Origin: an uncultured Dehalococcoidia bacterium
GTDB lineage: Bacteria > Chloroflexota > Dehalococcoidia > Lucifugimonadales > UBA826
Assembly (NCBI GenBank): GCA_964409595.1
Contig: CAYPDR010000018.1
Location: 56,064 to 120,063, forward strand
Length of the DNA stretch: 64,000 nucleotides
Reading direction: 5' to 3'
How positions within the stretch are numbered: the stretch's first letter is position 1; every line of letters begins with the position of its first letter. The position numbers and the translations under genes are program-made. Below are positions 49,899-58,844 of this stretch, piece after piece. Below the pieces are notes generated by a model. That model did no database searches, was not told where the DNA came from, and worked only from the letters and a program-made list of their open reading frames with translations.

Positions 49899-50070
49899 AT
49901 ATCGGCAACTAACCAGCGTTATCTTCCATGGTAACCTATGCCGTACAACGGTTGCTCGGCACCCAAGAATACTCTAAATGAACTTTAACCTTAATTAGTT
50001 AGATATCTGTTAAAATCACCTTGTACAAATCGGACATATGTGAGAGCAAGTTCATAGGAAAGACCAAGTT

Positions 50071-50952
50071 ATGACAACGCATAGAAAGCTCCCACAGTGG
50101 CTGAAGGTCAAAATGCCTGGTGGACCAAACTATCAAAAGCTTCAACAACTCATGCGTGAAGGCGGCTTGCACACAGTTTGCGAAGAGGCACGTTGCCCAA
50201 ACATAGGTGAGTGTTGGGAGATTGGCACCGCTACTTTCATGATATTAGGAGACACCTGTACGAGGGCTTGTACTTATTGCGCCGTAAAAACCGGAACGCC
50301 TAGCGGGCTTAATTTAGACGAACCTTCTACGTTGGCAGAGACAGTGGAAAAACTATCACTGAATTATGTAGTTATAACTTCTGTCAACCGAGATGATCTG
50401 CCAGACGGTGGTGCATTTATCTTCGCTGAATGTATCAAGCAGATAAGAAAGAGACTACCTTCATGTAAAATCGAAGTGTTGACACCAGATTTTGAAGGAA
50501 ACTTCAACTCCCTACGGAAGGTGTTGGAGGCTACGCCTGATACTTTTAACCACAACATCGAATCTGTCAGACGAGTGTTCCCCAGAGTAAGAGCAAAGGG
50601 AAACTACGACTTGTCATTGAGGGTTCTGGCGAATGCAAAGCAGCTGTGCCCTGATTTGGTAACTAAGTCAGGCGTTATGGTAGGACTTGGAGAAACTATG
50701 GACGAACTGGTTCACACCATGGAAGATCTCAGGTCAGTAAATTGTGATCTTGTTACTATCGGTCAGTATTTGAGACCGTCCAATAGACACGCACCAATTT
50801 CAAAGTGGTACACACCAAGTGAATTTGAAGAACTTCGTACGATAGGCGAGGATCTTGGGTTCAGTCACGTAGCTTCGGGACCACTTGTTCGCAGCTCATA
50901 CCACGCCGACGAGCAACACAAGGCAGCCTCAATGGTATCCGCATTAAGCTAG
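50071..50952 (+). CDS. lipA: Lipoyl synthase
   Basis: Contains CEEARCPNIGEC and the radical-SAM motif CTRACTYC. 293 aa. Confidence 0.95.
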   Translation: MTTHRKLPQWLKVKMPGGPNYQKLQQLMREGGLHTVCEEARCPNIGECWEIGTATFMILGDTCTRACTYCAVKTGTPSGLNLDEPSTLAETVEKLSLNYVVITSVNRDDLPDGGAFIFAECIKQIRKRLPSCKIEVLTPDFEGNFNSLRKVLEATPDTFNHNIESVRRVFPRVRAKGNYDLSLRVLANAKQLCPDLVTKSGVMVGLGETMDELVHTMEDLRSVNCDLVTIGQYLRPSNRHAPISKWYTPSEFEELRTIGEDLGFSHVASGPLVRSSYHADEQHKAASMVSALS

Positions 50953-51004
50953 CCTAGAATAAAATTTAGCAGTGTTTTTAACTCACTTATAGAACCGCTA
51001 ACTT

Positions 51005-51148
51005 CTAATCGGAAGATGGAAGCTTTCTAGGCTGTTGTAATTCCATATCAGCCTTGTGACACTTTATAATACCCTCGCCTGCCTTAGTACATAGTACGGT
51101 CGTACCGCAAGTATCACATTCATACCTTCTCCCCAGCTGGTTTGCCAT
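51005..51148 (-). CDS. Desulforedoxin-like small metal-binding protein, variant paralog (47 aa)
   Basis: Not in the ORF track because it is under 60 aa. Sequence MANQLGRRYECDTCGTTVLCTKAGEGIIKCHKADMELQQPRKLPSSD; AGGGAG lies 6 nt upstream of the ATG. It has the CxxC motif, but C-H replaces the usual C-C pair. Confidence 0.55.
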   Translation of the reverse strand: MANQLGRRYECDTCGTTVLCTKAGEGIIKCHKADMELQQPRKLPSSD

Positions 51149-51178
51149 TTCCGGCTCCCTTATTGACCTAAAGTTCTG

Positions 51179-51295
51179 TTATTTCTGAACCATTGGCTCA
51201 CTGCAGCATTCTATCGAACCGTCAGCTCCACGAGTTACCACAAATTCTGAGCCACATTTCCCACAAGAGTATCGTTTACCAGTTTCATTAGCCAA
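51179..51295 (-). CDS. Desulforedoxin-like protein (38 aa)
   Basis: Not in the ORF track. The TTG start is preceded by GAGGTGA at a 5-nt spacing. (M)ANETGKRYSCGKCGSEFVVTRGADGSIECCSEPMVQK is colinear with the classical 36-aa desulforedoxin pattern ANE..Y.C..CG......G.G....CC.E.MV. Confidence 0.65.
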   Translation of the reverse strand: MANETGKRYSCGKCGSEFVVTRGADGSIECCSEPMVQK

Positions 51296-51348
51296 GACAA
51301 TCACCTCTTCCCGCATCAAAAGCTTTCCTCTAGGAACTTAGGAAAACG

Positions 51349-51377
51349 ATTATAGAAAAGCGTATTGTCAAGGTCAA
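51349..51377 (-). promoter_or_regulatory. Sigma70-type promoter TTGACC-N17-TATAAT for the desulforedoxin-like pair
   Basis: The minus strand reads TTGACCttgacaatacgcttttcTATAAT, with the -35 element at 51377..51372 and the -10 element at 51354..51349. It lies about 55 nt upstream of the TTG start. Confidence 0.45.
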
Positions 51378-51406
51378 CGAGTGTGATGTCCACCTTTCCT
51401 GCCCTG

Positions 51407-52276
51407 TCATAAAACACCTAGTTCGTCAAGCAGGGCTTGAGCAGATTCGTAGTCCCTTCTACCACCTTTAAACACAGGAGGAACAAGATAAAAAGACTCG
51501 AAACCATTTTCTCTGTGACTTTGAATCGTTTCGAGAGCTATCTCAAAGCCTGACCTTCCCAAGTCTAAGTCTTTCTGCAGCGAATCCGGCACTGCAGCAA
51601 ATGAAATACTACCTCGAACCATCATCTGTATCCCCCACAATACCGGTCGCCCTAAGGAAACTCCAGTATATTCCCTGTATTGCTCTAAAAAGTTCAGGGG
51701 TCTTAGGACATCAAAAGAAGGCTGTGATATGAAAAAATCGGCACCCGCGTTCACTTTTTTTTCAGTAAGAGAAATCTCGCTACCCCATTCACGAGATAAA
51801 TCTATAGCTCCTCCTACGCAAAATTGAGTCGGATTCCGTAAAACACGTTTCTTGAAATCAAGACGATTGTTCATTTCTTTTATCGATTCAATGAACTCTG
51901 TTGAAGAGAAATCATAAACAGATTTTTGGATCTTTCGTTCGGAAGTCTCAAACTTATCACCCATAACCGAAACAATGTTATCTAATCCCAATAGTTGTGC
52001 TCCAAGCAAGATACTTTGCAGAGCATTTTTATTCATGTCACGAGTCGCAAGCATAAAAGCCGCTTCCCGCCCCGTGTTTTCAGAAATCCAATGTGCAGCT
52101 GCCACGGGATTGGTCCTAACAGACTTCCCTGGGCTGTAAGCAACCAAAAACATGTCTGGTGTAAGCGATAATGCCTCAGACATAAGATCTGAGGTACCCC
52201 CCCTGGGAGGGGAAAAGTCACATGCGACAAATGGCCTAGATTTGCAAAGTCTCAAAAGTTCTACAACAGATGCCAT
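51407..52276 (-). CDS. Methylenetetrahydrofolate reductase-like protein (divergent MetF family)
   Basis: The TIM-barrel MTHFR pattern is present: DFSPPRG, VAYSPG, IVSVMGDKF, KKVNAGADFFISQPSFD. It is divergent from E. coli MetF, so cofactor and donor are unclear. Confidence 0.7.
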   Translation of the reverse strand: MASVVELLRLCKSRPFVACDFSPPRGGTSDLMSEALSLTPDMFLVAYSPGKSVRTNPVAAAHWISENTGREAAFMLATRDMNKNALQSILLGAQLLGLDNIVSVMGDKFETSERKIQKSVYDFSSTEFIESIKEMNNRLDFKKRVLRNPTQFCVGGAIDLSREWGSEISLTEKKVNAGADFFISQPSFDVLRPLNFLEQYREYTGVSLGRPVLWGIQMMVRGSISFAAVPDSLQKDLDLGRSGFEIALETIQSHRENGFESFYLVPPVFKGGRRDYESAQALLDELGVL

Positions 52277-52323
52277 AGTCCAAAAGTTTCCTTACGGGAA
52301 TTCCACTTTAATTTACTACTCAT

Positions 52324-52357
52324 CAATAAAAGAAAAGAGCCCCCGGTTGGAGGCTCT
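52324..52357 (-). terminator. Rho-independent terminator after the zinc-ribbon gene
   Basis: The minus strand reads AGAGCC-tccaaccggg-GGCTCT followed by TTTCTTTTATT. It lies 43 nt after the stop at 52400. Confidence 0.5.
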
Positions 52358-52399
52358 AGGTAAGATTTAATGATTTTGCAAAGTTCCCCTTTGGAGCGA

Positions 52400-52897
52400 C
52401 TATTTCCAGCCGAGAATACCCTCCGCGTTAGGACATAACGAAACTCTATGTCCGGCTGTGCATTTATACCGTTCCTCTCGTATTTCTCTTCTTTTGCCGG
52501 ACAAAGAGGATTGGGACATACCACCACCACAAAACGGACAGCCAACCCCAAACACCGCCCGATTCCTAACTCTATAAACCTTTACATGAGTCAGAACTTC
52601 CGTTAGGGCTGGGAACTCGCCGATATATCTCAACACATATCTTGTTCCATTACTAATAATGTTTTTCTTCTCTTGCATGATTTTCGCAGGAGAGGAATAT
52701 TCATAGTCAACGAAACCACAACTTATGCACCCCGCCTCTTCAAAACTAATAGTAAGTTTGGTAGAGCACTTAGGGCAATGAATCTTATTGTCAGGCCTCT
52801 TCTCATCAGTGCTAGGCGCAACAGAGGTCACCCGTCGGGGAGCGATAGGCACTCGAGGCTTCGCCGGAGCAAAAGGATTTGTTGTCTGAATAACCAT
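52400..52897 (-). CDS. Hypothetical protein with two zinc-ribbon-like motifs
   Basis: 165 aa with CPKC-x12-CISC and CPFC-x22-C..H. AGGAGT lies 7 nt upstream of the ATG. I recognise no family. Confidence 0.6.
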   Translation of the reverse strand: MVIQTTNPFAPAKPRVPIAPRRVTSVAPSTDEKRPDNKIHCPKCSTKLTISFEEAGCISCGFVDYEYSSPAKIMQEKKNIISNGTRYVLRYIGEFPALTEVLTHVKVYRVRNRAVFGVGCPFCGGGMSQSSLSGKRREIREERYKCTAGHRVSLCPNAEGILGWK

Positions 52898-53413
52898 TTT
52901 TATACTCCTATTCGTCTCTGGCTCAGAAAGGCACGAGCCTAAACGACCCTACTAAGGCATCGCTGGAGGGGCAGAGGGTTCTTCACTCCAAGCTAACCGT
53001 GTTAACGTAAAGAGCATTTTCTTATACTTGTCAAAAAAATGTCAAGACGTAGTGCGTGACATTTATGATCAATTTGAACAAAATTTATGATTTGTATAAA
53101 ACTTTTGTTCTTATTTAGCCTAGCTCGACCGTATTGGTTGGAATTTTTTTGAACCATCCAGCATTGGGGCGGACTGATGAATCGTACTTTAAGCGACCTA
53201 ATTTATTGTTTAGTAACAGGACAAATAGCAAATTAACTTTTGAATTCACTATTTAGAAAAGTAACGTCTATCAAGAAGAGTTTGCCTGGATCTCCATTGA
53301 CACCAAAGAGGTGCCATTGATAGGGTCTTAGGTGGACATTTCATAACCGCTCTTACTTAATCGTTCATCGACACAAAGGGCGCTCGCAGAGCCACAAGTG
53401 GACGGGAGATAAT

Positions 53414-54214
53414 ATGGCGCTAAACATCATTGTTTGTGCGAAGCAAGTGATTGATCCAGAAATTCCTAGTTCAGCATTTGATGTTGACGGAGATTCCCTC
53501 AAAGTTATCCCAGCTCAGGGAATTCCTCCTGTTGTAAACGGCTTCGACGAGAATGCTGTTGAAGCTGCTCTCAAAATTAAGGAAGCCGAAGAGGGTTCTA
53601 TTGTAACTGTTGTCTCTGTCGGTAACGAATTCACTATGGACGTCATGAAGAAACCGCTGTCCATGGGAGCCGATGGAATGGTATTGGTGCAAGACACAAA
53701 TTGCGACAATCTCGACGCTCTCAGCACCGCAAAAGTTTTAACCCGTGTAATAAATCGGCTAGGACAATATGACTTGATCATATGCGGGCAGCAGGCTTCG
53801 GATTGGGACAATGCTCACGTGCCTTTAGGAATATCTGAAATGCTAAACCTACCCTGCCTCACGGAAGCTCGTGCCATCGAAGTAGGCAAAGCATCCGTCA
53901 CAGTAGACAGTTCCACTTCGGATGGATATGAGGTCTATGAGGCCGCTTTACCGGCACTCATTACGGTCAACAACGAGATCGGCGAACCGAGGTACCCCAC
54001 ATTACGGGGCATCATGCAGGCGAGCAGGAAAAATCCAGAGATGCTCTCTTTATCCGACTTAGAATTAAGTCAAAGTGATCTGAAGCCTCCGATGACACTA
54101 ACTGAACTTTTTGTGCCGACAACTGATCAACAATGTGAAGTCATAGAGGGCGAAGATGAAGTTGACTCTGGCAGGCTTCTAGCAATGCGGCTGAGGGAAG
54201 AAAAAATCATCTAG
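53414..54214 (+). CDS. etfB: Electron transfer flavoprotein subunit beta
   Basis: MALNIIVCAKQVIDPE... and LIICGQQASDWDNAHV are typical of EtfB. Confidence 0.9.
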   Translation: MALNIIVCAKQVIDPEIPSSAFDVDGDSLKVIPAQGIPPVVNGFDENAVEAALKIKEAEEGSIVTVVSVGNEFTMDVMKKPLSMGADGMVLVQDTNCDNLDALSTAKVLTRVINRLGQYDLIICGQQASDWDNAHVPLGISEMLNLPCLTEARAIEVGKASVTVDSSTSDGYEVYEAALPALITVNNEIGEPRYPTLRGIMQASRKNPEMLSLSDLELSQSDLKPPMTLTELFVPTTDQQCEVIEGEDEVDSGRLLAMRLREEKII

Positions 54215-54282
54215 TTAGGAAACCGTTTACCAGTTATTGATAAAGGGGGATTTCTAACCACAGTAATGGAGCGCATCAAAAT

Positions 54283-55275
54283 ATGAGGGAGATACTCATT
54301 CTAGCAGAGTTGGACAACGGCGAACTTCATTCAACAGTAGCTGAGTTGATCTCTGCCGCCAAAAAAGTCGCCCTTGAACTCAACGCCGACGTTTCGGCAG
54401 CCGTTTTTGGAGAAGACGCAGAGAATATTGGTCATAGCGCAATTTCCCTGGGAGCAGACCGAGTCTACACTTCCTCTCACCCTCTCCTTTCGAAAGGCAC
54501 AGCCGACGCTCATGTTTACGCACTCGCCCAAATTTGCCGTGATGTAACCCCAACAGCTGTGTTAACGGCAAAGACCCCGCTAGGAAGAGTCGTGGGCCCA
54601 CGTTTAGCTTATCGACTGGGTTATGGGGTAGCCCAAGATTGCATGGATCTTTCCGCAGATGCTCAAACAGAGAAAATTACTGTGACTAGACCTGTATATG
54701 GTGGAAATGCTGTAGCGAGATTCACTTTCACGCATAGTGAAAACCAAGTAGCTGTCATCAGAGTGAAGGTGTTTCCACCCTCTGATTATGACCAATCAAG
54801 AGTTGGCGAAATACGGTCTTTGGAAATATCGATCGACGAAAAAGAAATAAAGTCCAATCTTGTCGAAAGCGTCAAAGAAGAATCCGAAGGTGTGAAACTT
54901 GAAGATGCCACAGTTATCATTGGAGGAGGACGGGGTCTAGGGGGACCAGAACCGTTTGAGCAACTAGAAGAACTAGCTAAACTTTTCAACGGTGCTGTCG
55001 GAGCATCAAGAGCAGTTTGTGATGCTGGGTGGCTAGATCATTCCTTTCAAATAGGTTTGACTGGCAAAACTGTTACTCCAGATGTATACATTACTGTCGG
55101 TATATCAGGAGCTAGCCAACACATGGCCGGTTGTTCATCTTCGAAAAATATTATTGCGATCAACAAAGATGGTGATGCCAATATATTCAAGGAGGCCTCC
55201 TTCGGCGTAGTGGGAGACTGGGAAAAGGTTCTTCCATCTTTTACGGCAACCGTTAGAGAATTATTGAGTTCGTAG
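54283..55275 (+). CDS. etfA: Electron transfer flavoprotein subunit alpha
   Basis: Contains the C-terminal FAD-binding region GASRAVCDAGW...QIGLTGKTVTPDVYITVGISGASQHMAG. Confidence 0.9.
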   Translation: MREILILAELDNGELHSTVAELISAAKKVALELNADVSAAVFGEDAENIGHSAISLGADRVYTSSHPLLSKGTADAHVYALAQICRDVTPTAVLTAKTPLGRVVGPRLAYRLGYGVAQDCMDLSADAQTEKITVTRPVYGGNAVARFTFTHSENQVAVIRVKVFPPSDYDQSRVGEIRSLEISIDEKEIKSNLVESVKEESEGVKLEDATVIIGGGRGLGGPEPFEQLEELAKLFNGAVGASRAVCDAGWLDHSFQIGLTGKTVTPDVYITVGISGASQHMAGCSSSKNIIAINKDGDANIFKEASFGVVGDWEKVLPSFTATVRELLSS

Positions 55276-55422
55276 TTGTTAGAGTCATTTCGCAAAGAAT
55301 ACAGACAGTGTCCCCGACTCTTTAAATCGCAGCGATGTTGCGTATAACCTGGAAAGGTTTAGTTAGATTGAACGGATGTTGTGCTTGTCCCAAATTGGGA
55401 TCAAAATTAAGGTTGGGAAATA

Positions 55423-55869
55423 TTGACTGGTAACAATTTTTTTGACGACTTGGATGAAGTGAAACGAAGCATCTTGGAATCGAATGTGATCTCCATTTTT
55501 TTCCCGTATTTTCGGAAAACCATCCTAATAGACACCAGAAGCAGTGAAACTATAGGGCCAGATATTATGCTCACTGATATGGTTAATAGCCCACAAGAAC
55601 GCATTCGCAGCATGGAACACCTGCGGCCAGGATTGCCAGAACTAGACAAAATGATTCTGGTGCCCTGGGTACGCTACGTAGGCACCCTTGTAGATAGTGG
55701 GATTTGGGGAGCAATCATAAAACGACTTGAAGATTGCAACTTGAAAAACGCAACTGATCACGGAAACCAGGTACTTAACGAACTCAAAACTTTGGAGAAC
55801 CGCGAACTGGCCGCAGTTGTCAATGGCCACGAATATCAGACCATTTGGTCAAGAATAGCAACCGAGTAG
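55423..55869 (+). CDS. Hypothetical protein
   Basis: 148-aa ORF with a TTG start and no recognisable motif. Supported only by length and its same-strand position after etfA. Confidence 0.4.
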   Translation: MTGNNFFDDLDEVKRSILESNVISIFFPYFRKTILIDTRSSETIGPDIMLTDMVNSPQERIRSMEHLRPGLPELDKMILVPWVRYVGTLVDSGIWGAIIKRLEDCNLKNATDHGNQVLNELKTLENRELAAVVNGHEYQTIWSRIATE

Positions 55870-55946
55870 AAAAAATATATGGCATTAGCCCTCGAACGAA
55901 GAATTGTCATCAAATTTACCAGGGCAAAAAGAGGTAGACGGATAAC

Positions 55947-57977
55947 TTAATTTCTGGATCCGGCCCTCTCAACAAGTTCTTCATTGTCCGTCACCGCAAT
56001 GTCTACCAGATGCTTCGGGGTCTCCTCATATCTGCTAAATTCCATCGAGAACGTGCCTAAACCTTGCGTCAGTGACCTCAGTGTCGTTGCGTAATCCAAC
56101 ATCTCGGCATGTGGCACATCTGCTTCGGTAGACGAGTATCCTTCTTCCGCGGAAGCCATACCTGATATGCGGCCCCTCCTAGAGTTAAGATCTCCTATGA
56201 TGTCGCCTGTGTATTCATCAGGCACTTTAACGACAACTTTCATTACGGGTTCTAGCAATACAGGTTGCGCGCGTTCCATCCCCACAGAAAGAGCTCGACC
56301 CGCAGCGATCTCAAAGGATACACCTGATGAATCAACGCTATGAAAACTACCATCCACTAGAGTGGCTTTCAGGTCAGTCACGGGAAATCCCCCAACTGTT
56401 CCGGTAGCTAGTGCTGCTCTTATTCCCTTCTCTACCGACGGAATATATTCACGAGGAACAGAACCACCGACAACTCTGCTTTCGAATTCAAATCCATCTC
56501 CATTACTAAGCGGTTGTAACTCGAGAATAACGTGTCCGTACTGACCGGCTCCGCCAGATTGCTTCTTATGCTTAAATTCAGCGGAAGTAGGCGTTGAAAT
56601 AGTCTCTCTATAAGGAACACGCGGTCTCTCCAAGTCCACTCTTAATCCAAATTTTCTCTCCATTTTCTCCGCACAAACTTCCAAGTGGGTATCACCTAAA
56701 CCACTCATTATGATTTCCGAGGTATCTTTTTCACGAGCGACAGTTACACTTGGATCCTCTTCTGTGATTCTCGCCAAGGAGCTTGTCAATTTATCTATAT
56801 CTGATTTTGTTTTAGGGAAGACGGCGCGAGTATAAATAGCCGATGGGAATTCAAGCCCAGACATCTCATTTGTCACTCCCTGAATCCCAAGTGTGTGACC
56901 TGTTAGAACACTATCCAATTTTGAAACAGCCCCAATATCTCCTGCTAAAATATATTCTGCCGGGACTTGATCCTTTCCTTGCGGTACATACACTTGCCCA
57001 ATACGTTCAGATTGATTGGCGGAAATGTTCCACACCTGCGAATCACTAGAAATCTTGCCTGACTGAACCCGAAAGTAAGAAAGCTTCCCTACAAAAGGAT
57101 CCGCGGTAGTTTTAAACACATAAGCGGACTGCTCTTCTTCACCAGCCTTTCCTGACGGATCACCAGGAGGTGGCAGGAAATCGACTATACTATTAAGAAC
57201 TTCCAATATCCCCGCACCGCTAGGCGCCGAACCGAACATAACCGGTATCAAGTCACCATTCATCACACCATTACCCAAACCAGTTAACAACTCGTCACTA
57301 GTCAGTTCTTCTCCTTCCAAATATTTTTCGGCCAATTGGTCGTCACACTCTGCCGCTGCTTCCATCAAACGTTCTCTAGCAATCGCTACTTCGCTTTCAT
57401 AATCAGATGGAACTGACACGAGGGGGTCCAGTAGATTTAGAACACCACTGAAGTTTGATTCAGAGCCAAGAGGGATCTGTATAGGGACACACTCTCTCCC
57501 AAAATTATCTTGTATGGATTCCATCGCTCGAGAAAAACTAGTGTTCTCACGATCCATCTTACTAACAAATATGATCCTTGGTAGTCCGTGACTTCGTGCT
57601 AAGGCCCATAACTGCTTCGTACCCACTTCCACGCCAGAATTGCCTGATACAACCATAAGAGCTGAATCGGCGGCACGTATACCCGACACAACCTCACCCC
57701 TAAAGTCAGCAAGACCGGGAGTATCGATCAAATTTATTTTTGTGCCTTTCCATTCAAGATTCAAGAGAGAAGTTTGTACACTGTTTCCCCGTTTTATCTC
57801 TTCTTCCTCGTAGTCAGATACTGTGTTTCCTGACTCAACAGTACCCATCCTAGTAATTAATCCCTTTTCATATAACATGGCCTCAGCCAGCGTAGTTTTC
57901 CCGGCACCGCTGTGAGAGAGAAGTACACAATTTCGAAGTTGTTCTCTTGATTCCATATTCATTCGGCTTATATCCAT
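55947..57977 (-). CDS. Elongation factor G paralog (EF-G2-like GTPase)
   Basis: Contains G1 SHSGAGKTT, G3 DTPGLADF and G4 SKMD, with the five-domain EF-G length (676 aa). It is not located in a str operon context. Confidence 0.9.
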   Translation of the reverse strand: MDISRMNMESREQLRNCVLLSHSGAGKTTLAEAMLYEKGLITRMGTVESGNTVSDYEEEEIKRGNSVQTSLLNLEWKGTKINLIDTPGLADFRGEVVSGIRAADSALMVVSGNSGVEVGTKQLWALARSHGLPRIIFVSKMDRENTSFSRAMESIQDNFGRECVPIQIPLGSESNFSGVLNLLDPLVSVPSDYESEVAIARERLMEAAAECDDQLAEKYLEGEELTSDELLTGLGNGVMNGDLIPVMFGSAPSGAGILEVLNSIVDFLPPPGDPSGKAGEEEQSAYVFKTTADPFVGKLSYFRVQSGKISSDSQVWNISANQSERIGQVYVPQGKDQVPAEYILAGDIGAVSKLDSVLTGHTLGIQGVTNEMSGLEFPSAIYTRAVFPKTKSDIDKLTSSLARITEEDPSVTVAREKDTSEIIMSGLGDTHLEVCAEKMERKFGLRVDLERPRVPYRETISTPTSAEFKHKKQSGGAGQYGHVILELQPLSNGDGFEFESRVVGGSVPREYIPSVEKGIRAALATGTVGGFPVTDLKATLVDGSFHSVDSSGVSFEIAAGRALSVGMERAQPVLLEPVMKVVVKVPDEYTGDIIGDLNSRRGRISGMASAEEGYSSTEADVPHAEMLDYATTLRSLTQGLGTFSMEFSRYEETPKHLVDIAVTDNEELVERAGSRN

Positions 57978-58147
57978 TATTTAGATAATTGATGATTTGC
58001 CGCAATTCTAGAAAAAAGTGCTACCACTTGCAAATAGGGCTACGACACCATGAAAAATCTTGACTAGAGAACACTCCAGTCAGTGTAAACTTGATCTATA
58101 ACTGGTCCAACAGAGAGCTTTATCGTAACAAGGATAGGAGTGGAAAA

Positions 58148-58789
58148 ATGCTTGGTTTCCTAGGAGGTACAGGTCCGGAAGGTAGGGGCCTAGCTATGAG
58201 GTTCGCGAAATCAGGGGAACAGGTCTTTATTGGTTCAAGAACCTCTGAGCGGGGAATAGCGGCCGCAAGATCTCTCCAACAGAAGGTTCCCAGTAATATT
58301 CACGGAGGTACCAACGAAGAGGCGGCCGAAAACAGTGAAGTCATTTTCTTGGCAACTCCTTATGAAGGGCTCAAAGCCACTATTAAACCAATTGAAGGCC
58401 ATCTCAGGGGAAAAATCGTCATAACCGTTGTTGCTCCTTTATCTTTTGATAATGGCAAGATTTCGTCGGTACCGCCAAAAGAGGGGTCTGCCGCTGTCCA
58501 AATACAGAACACCATTCCGCAATCTAAAATCGTTGGAGCTTTTCACAACGTAAGTGCATCAGACCTTCTGGTTCCCAATAAGCCCATCGATTGCGATGTC
58601 ATAGTATGTTCCGACGACGATGATGCGAAAGGATATGTTATCAAGCTAGCGGAAAAAATTGAGGGCATAAGAGGCGTAAATGGGGGGGAGCTGGAAAATT
58701 CAAAATATGTCGAAGAAATGACAGCATTATTACTGAACATAAACAAGATTTACAAAGCGCACACTTCTATTAAAATCACCGGGCTGTAA
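58148..58789 (+). CDS. npdG: NADPH-dependent F420 reductase (NpdG/Fno family)
   Basis: MLGFLGGTGPEGRGLAMRFAKSGEQVFIGSR is typical. ATG 58148 is preceded by AGGAGTGG; the ORF track opens at 58091. Confidence 0.8.
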   Translation: MLGFLGGTGPEGRGLAMRFAKSGEQVFIGSRTSERGIAAARSLQQKVPSNIHGGTNEEAAENSEVIFLATPYEGLKATIKPIEGHLRGKIVITVVAPLSFDNGKISSVPPKEGSAAVQIQNTIPQSKIVGAFHNVSASDLLVPNKPIDCDVIVCSDDDDAKGYVIKLAEKIEGIRGVNGGELENSKYVEEMTALLLNINKIYKAHTSIKITGL

Positions 58790-58844
58790 CGACATCGACA
58801 CTATTGGGTCATTCAATACAAACCGCAAACTCATTTACAGACTA

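Noticed and set aside
55423-55869. Idea that the 148-aa ORF after etfA is an Etf-linked partner (for example a FixX-like or dehydrogenase subunit)
   Set aside because: It has no Cys clusters, no nucleotide-binding motif and no similarity I can recognise. It has a TTG start with a weak ribosome-binding site, so it is kept only as a low-confidence hypothetical CDS.
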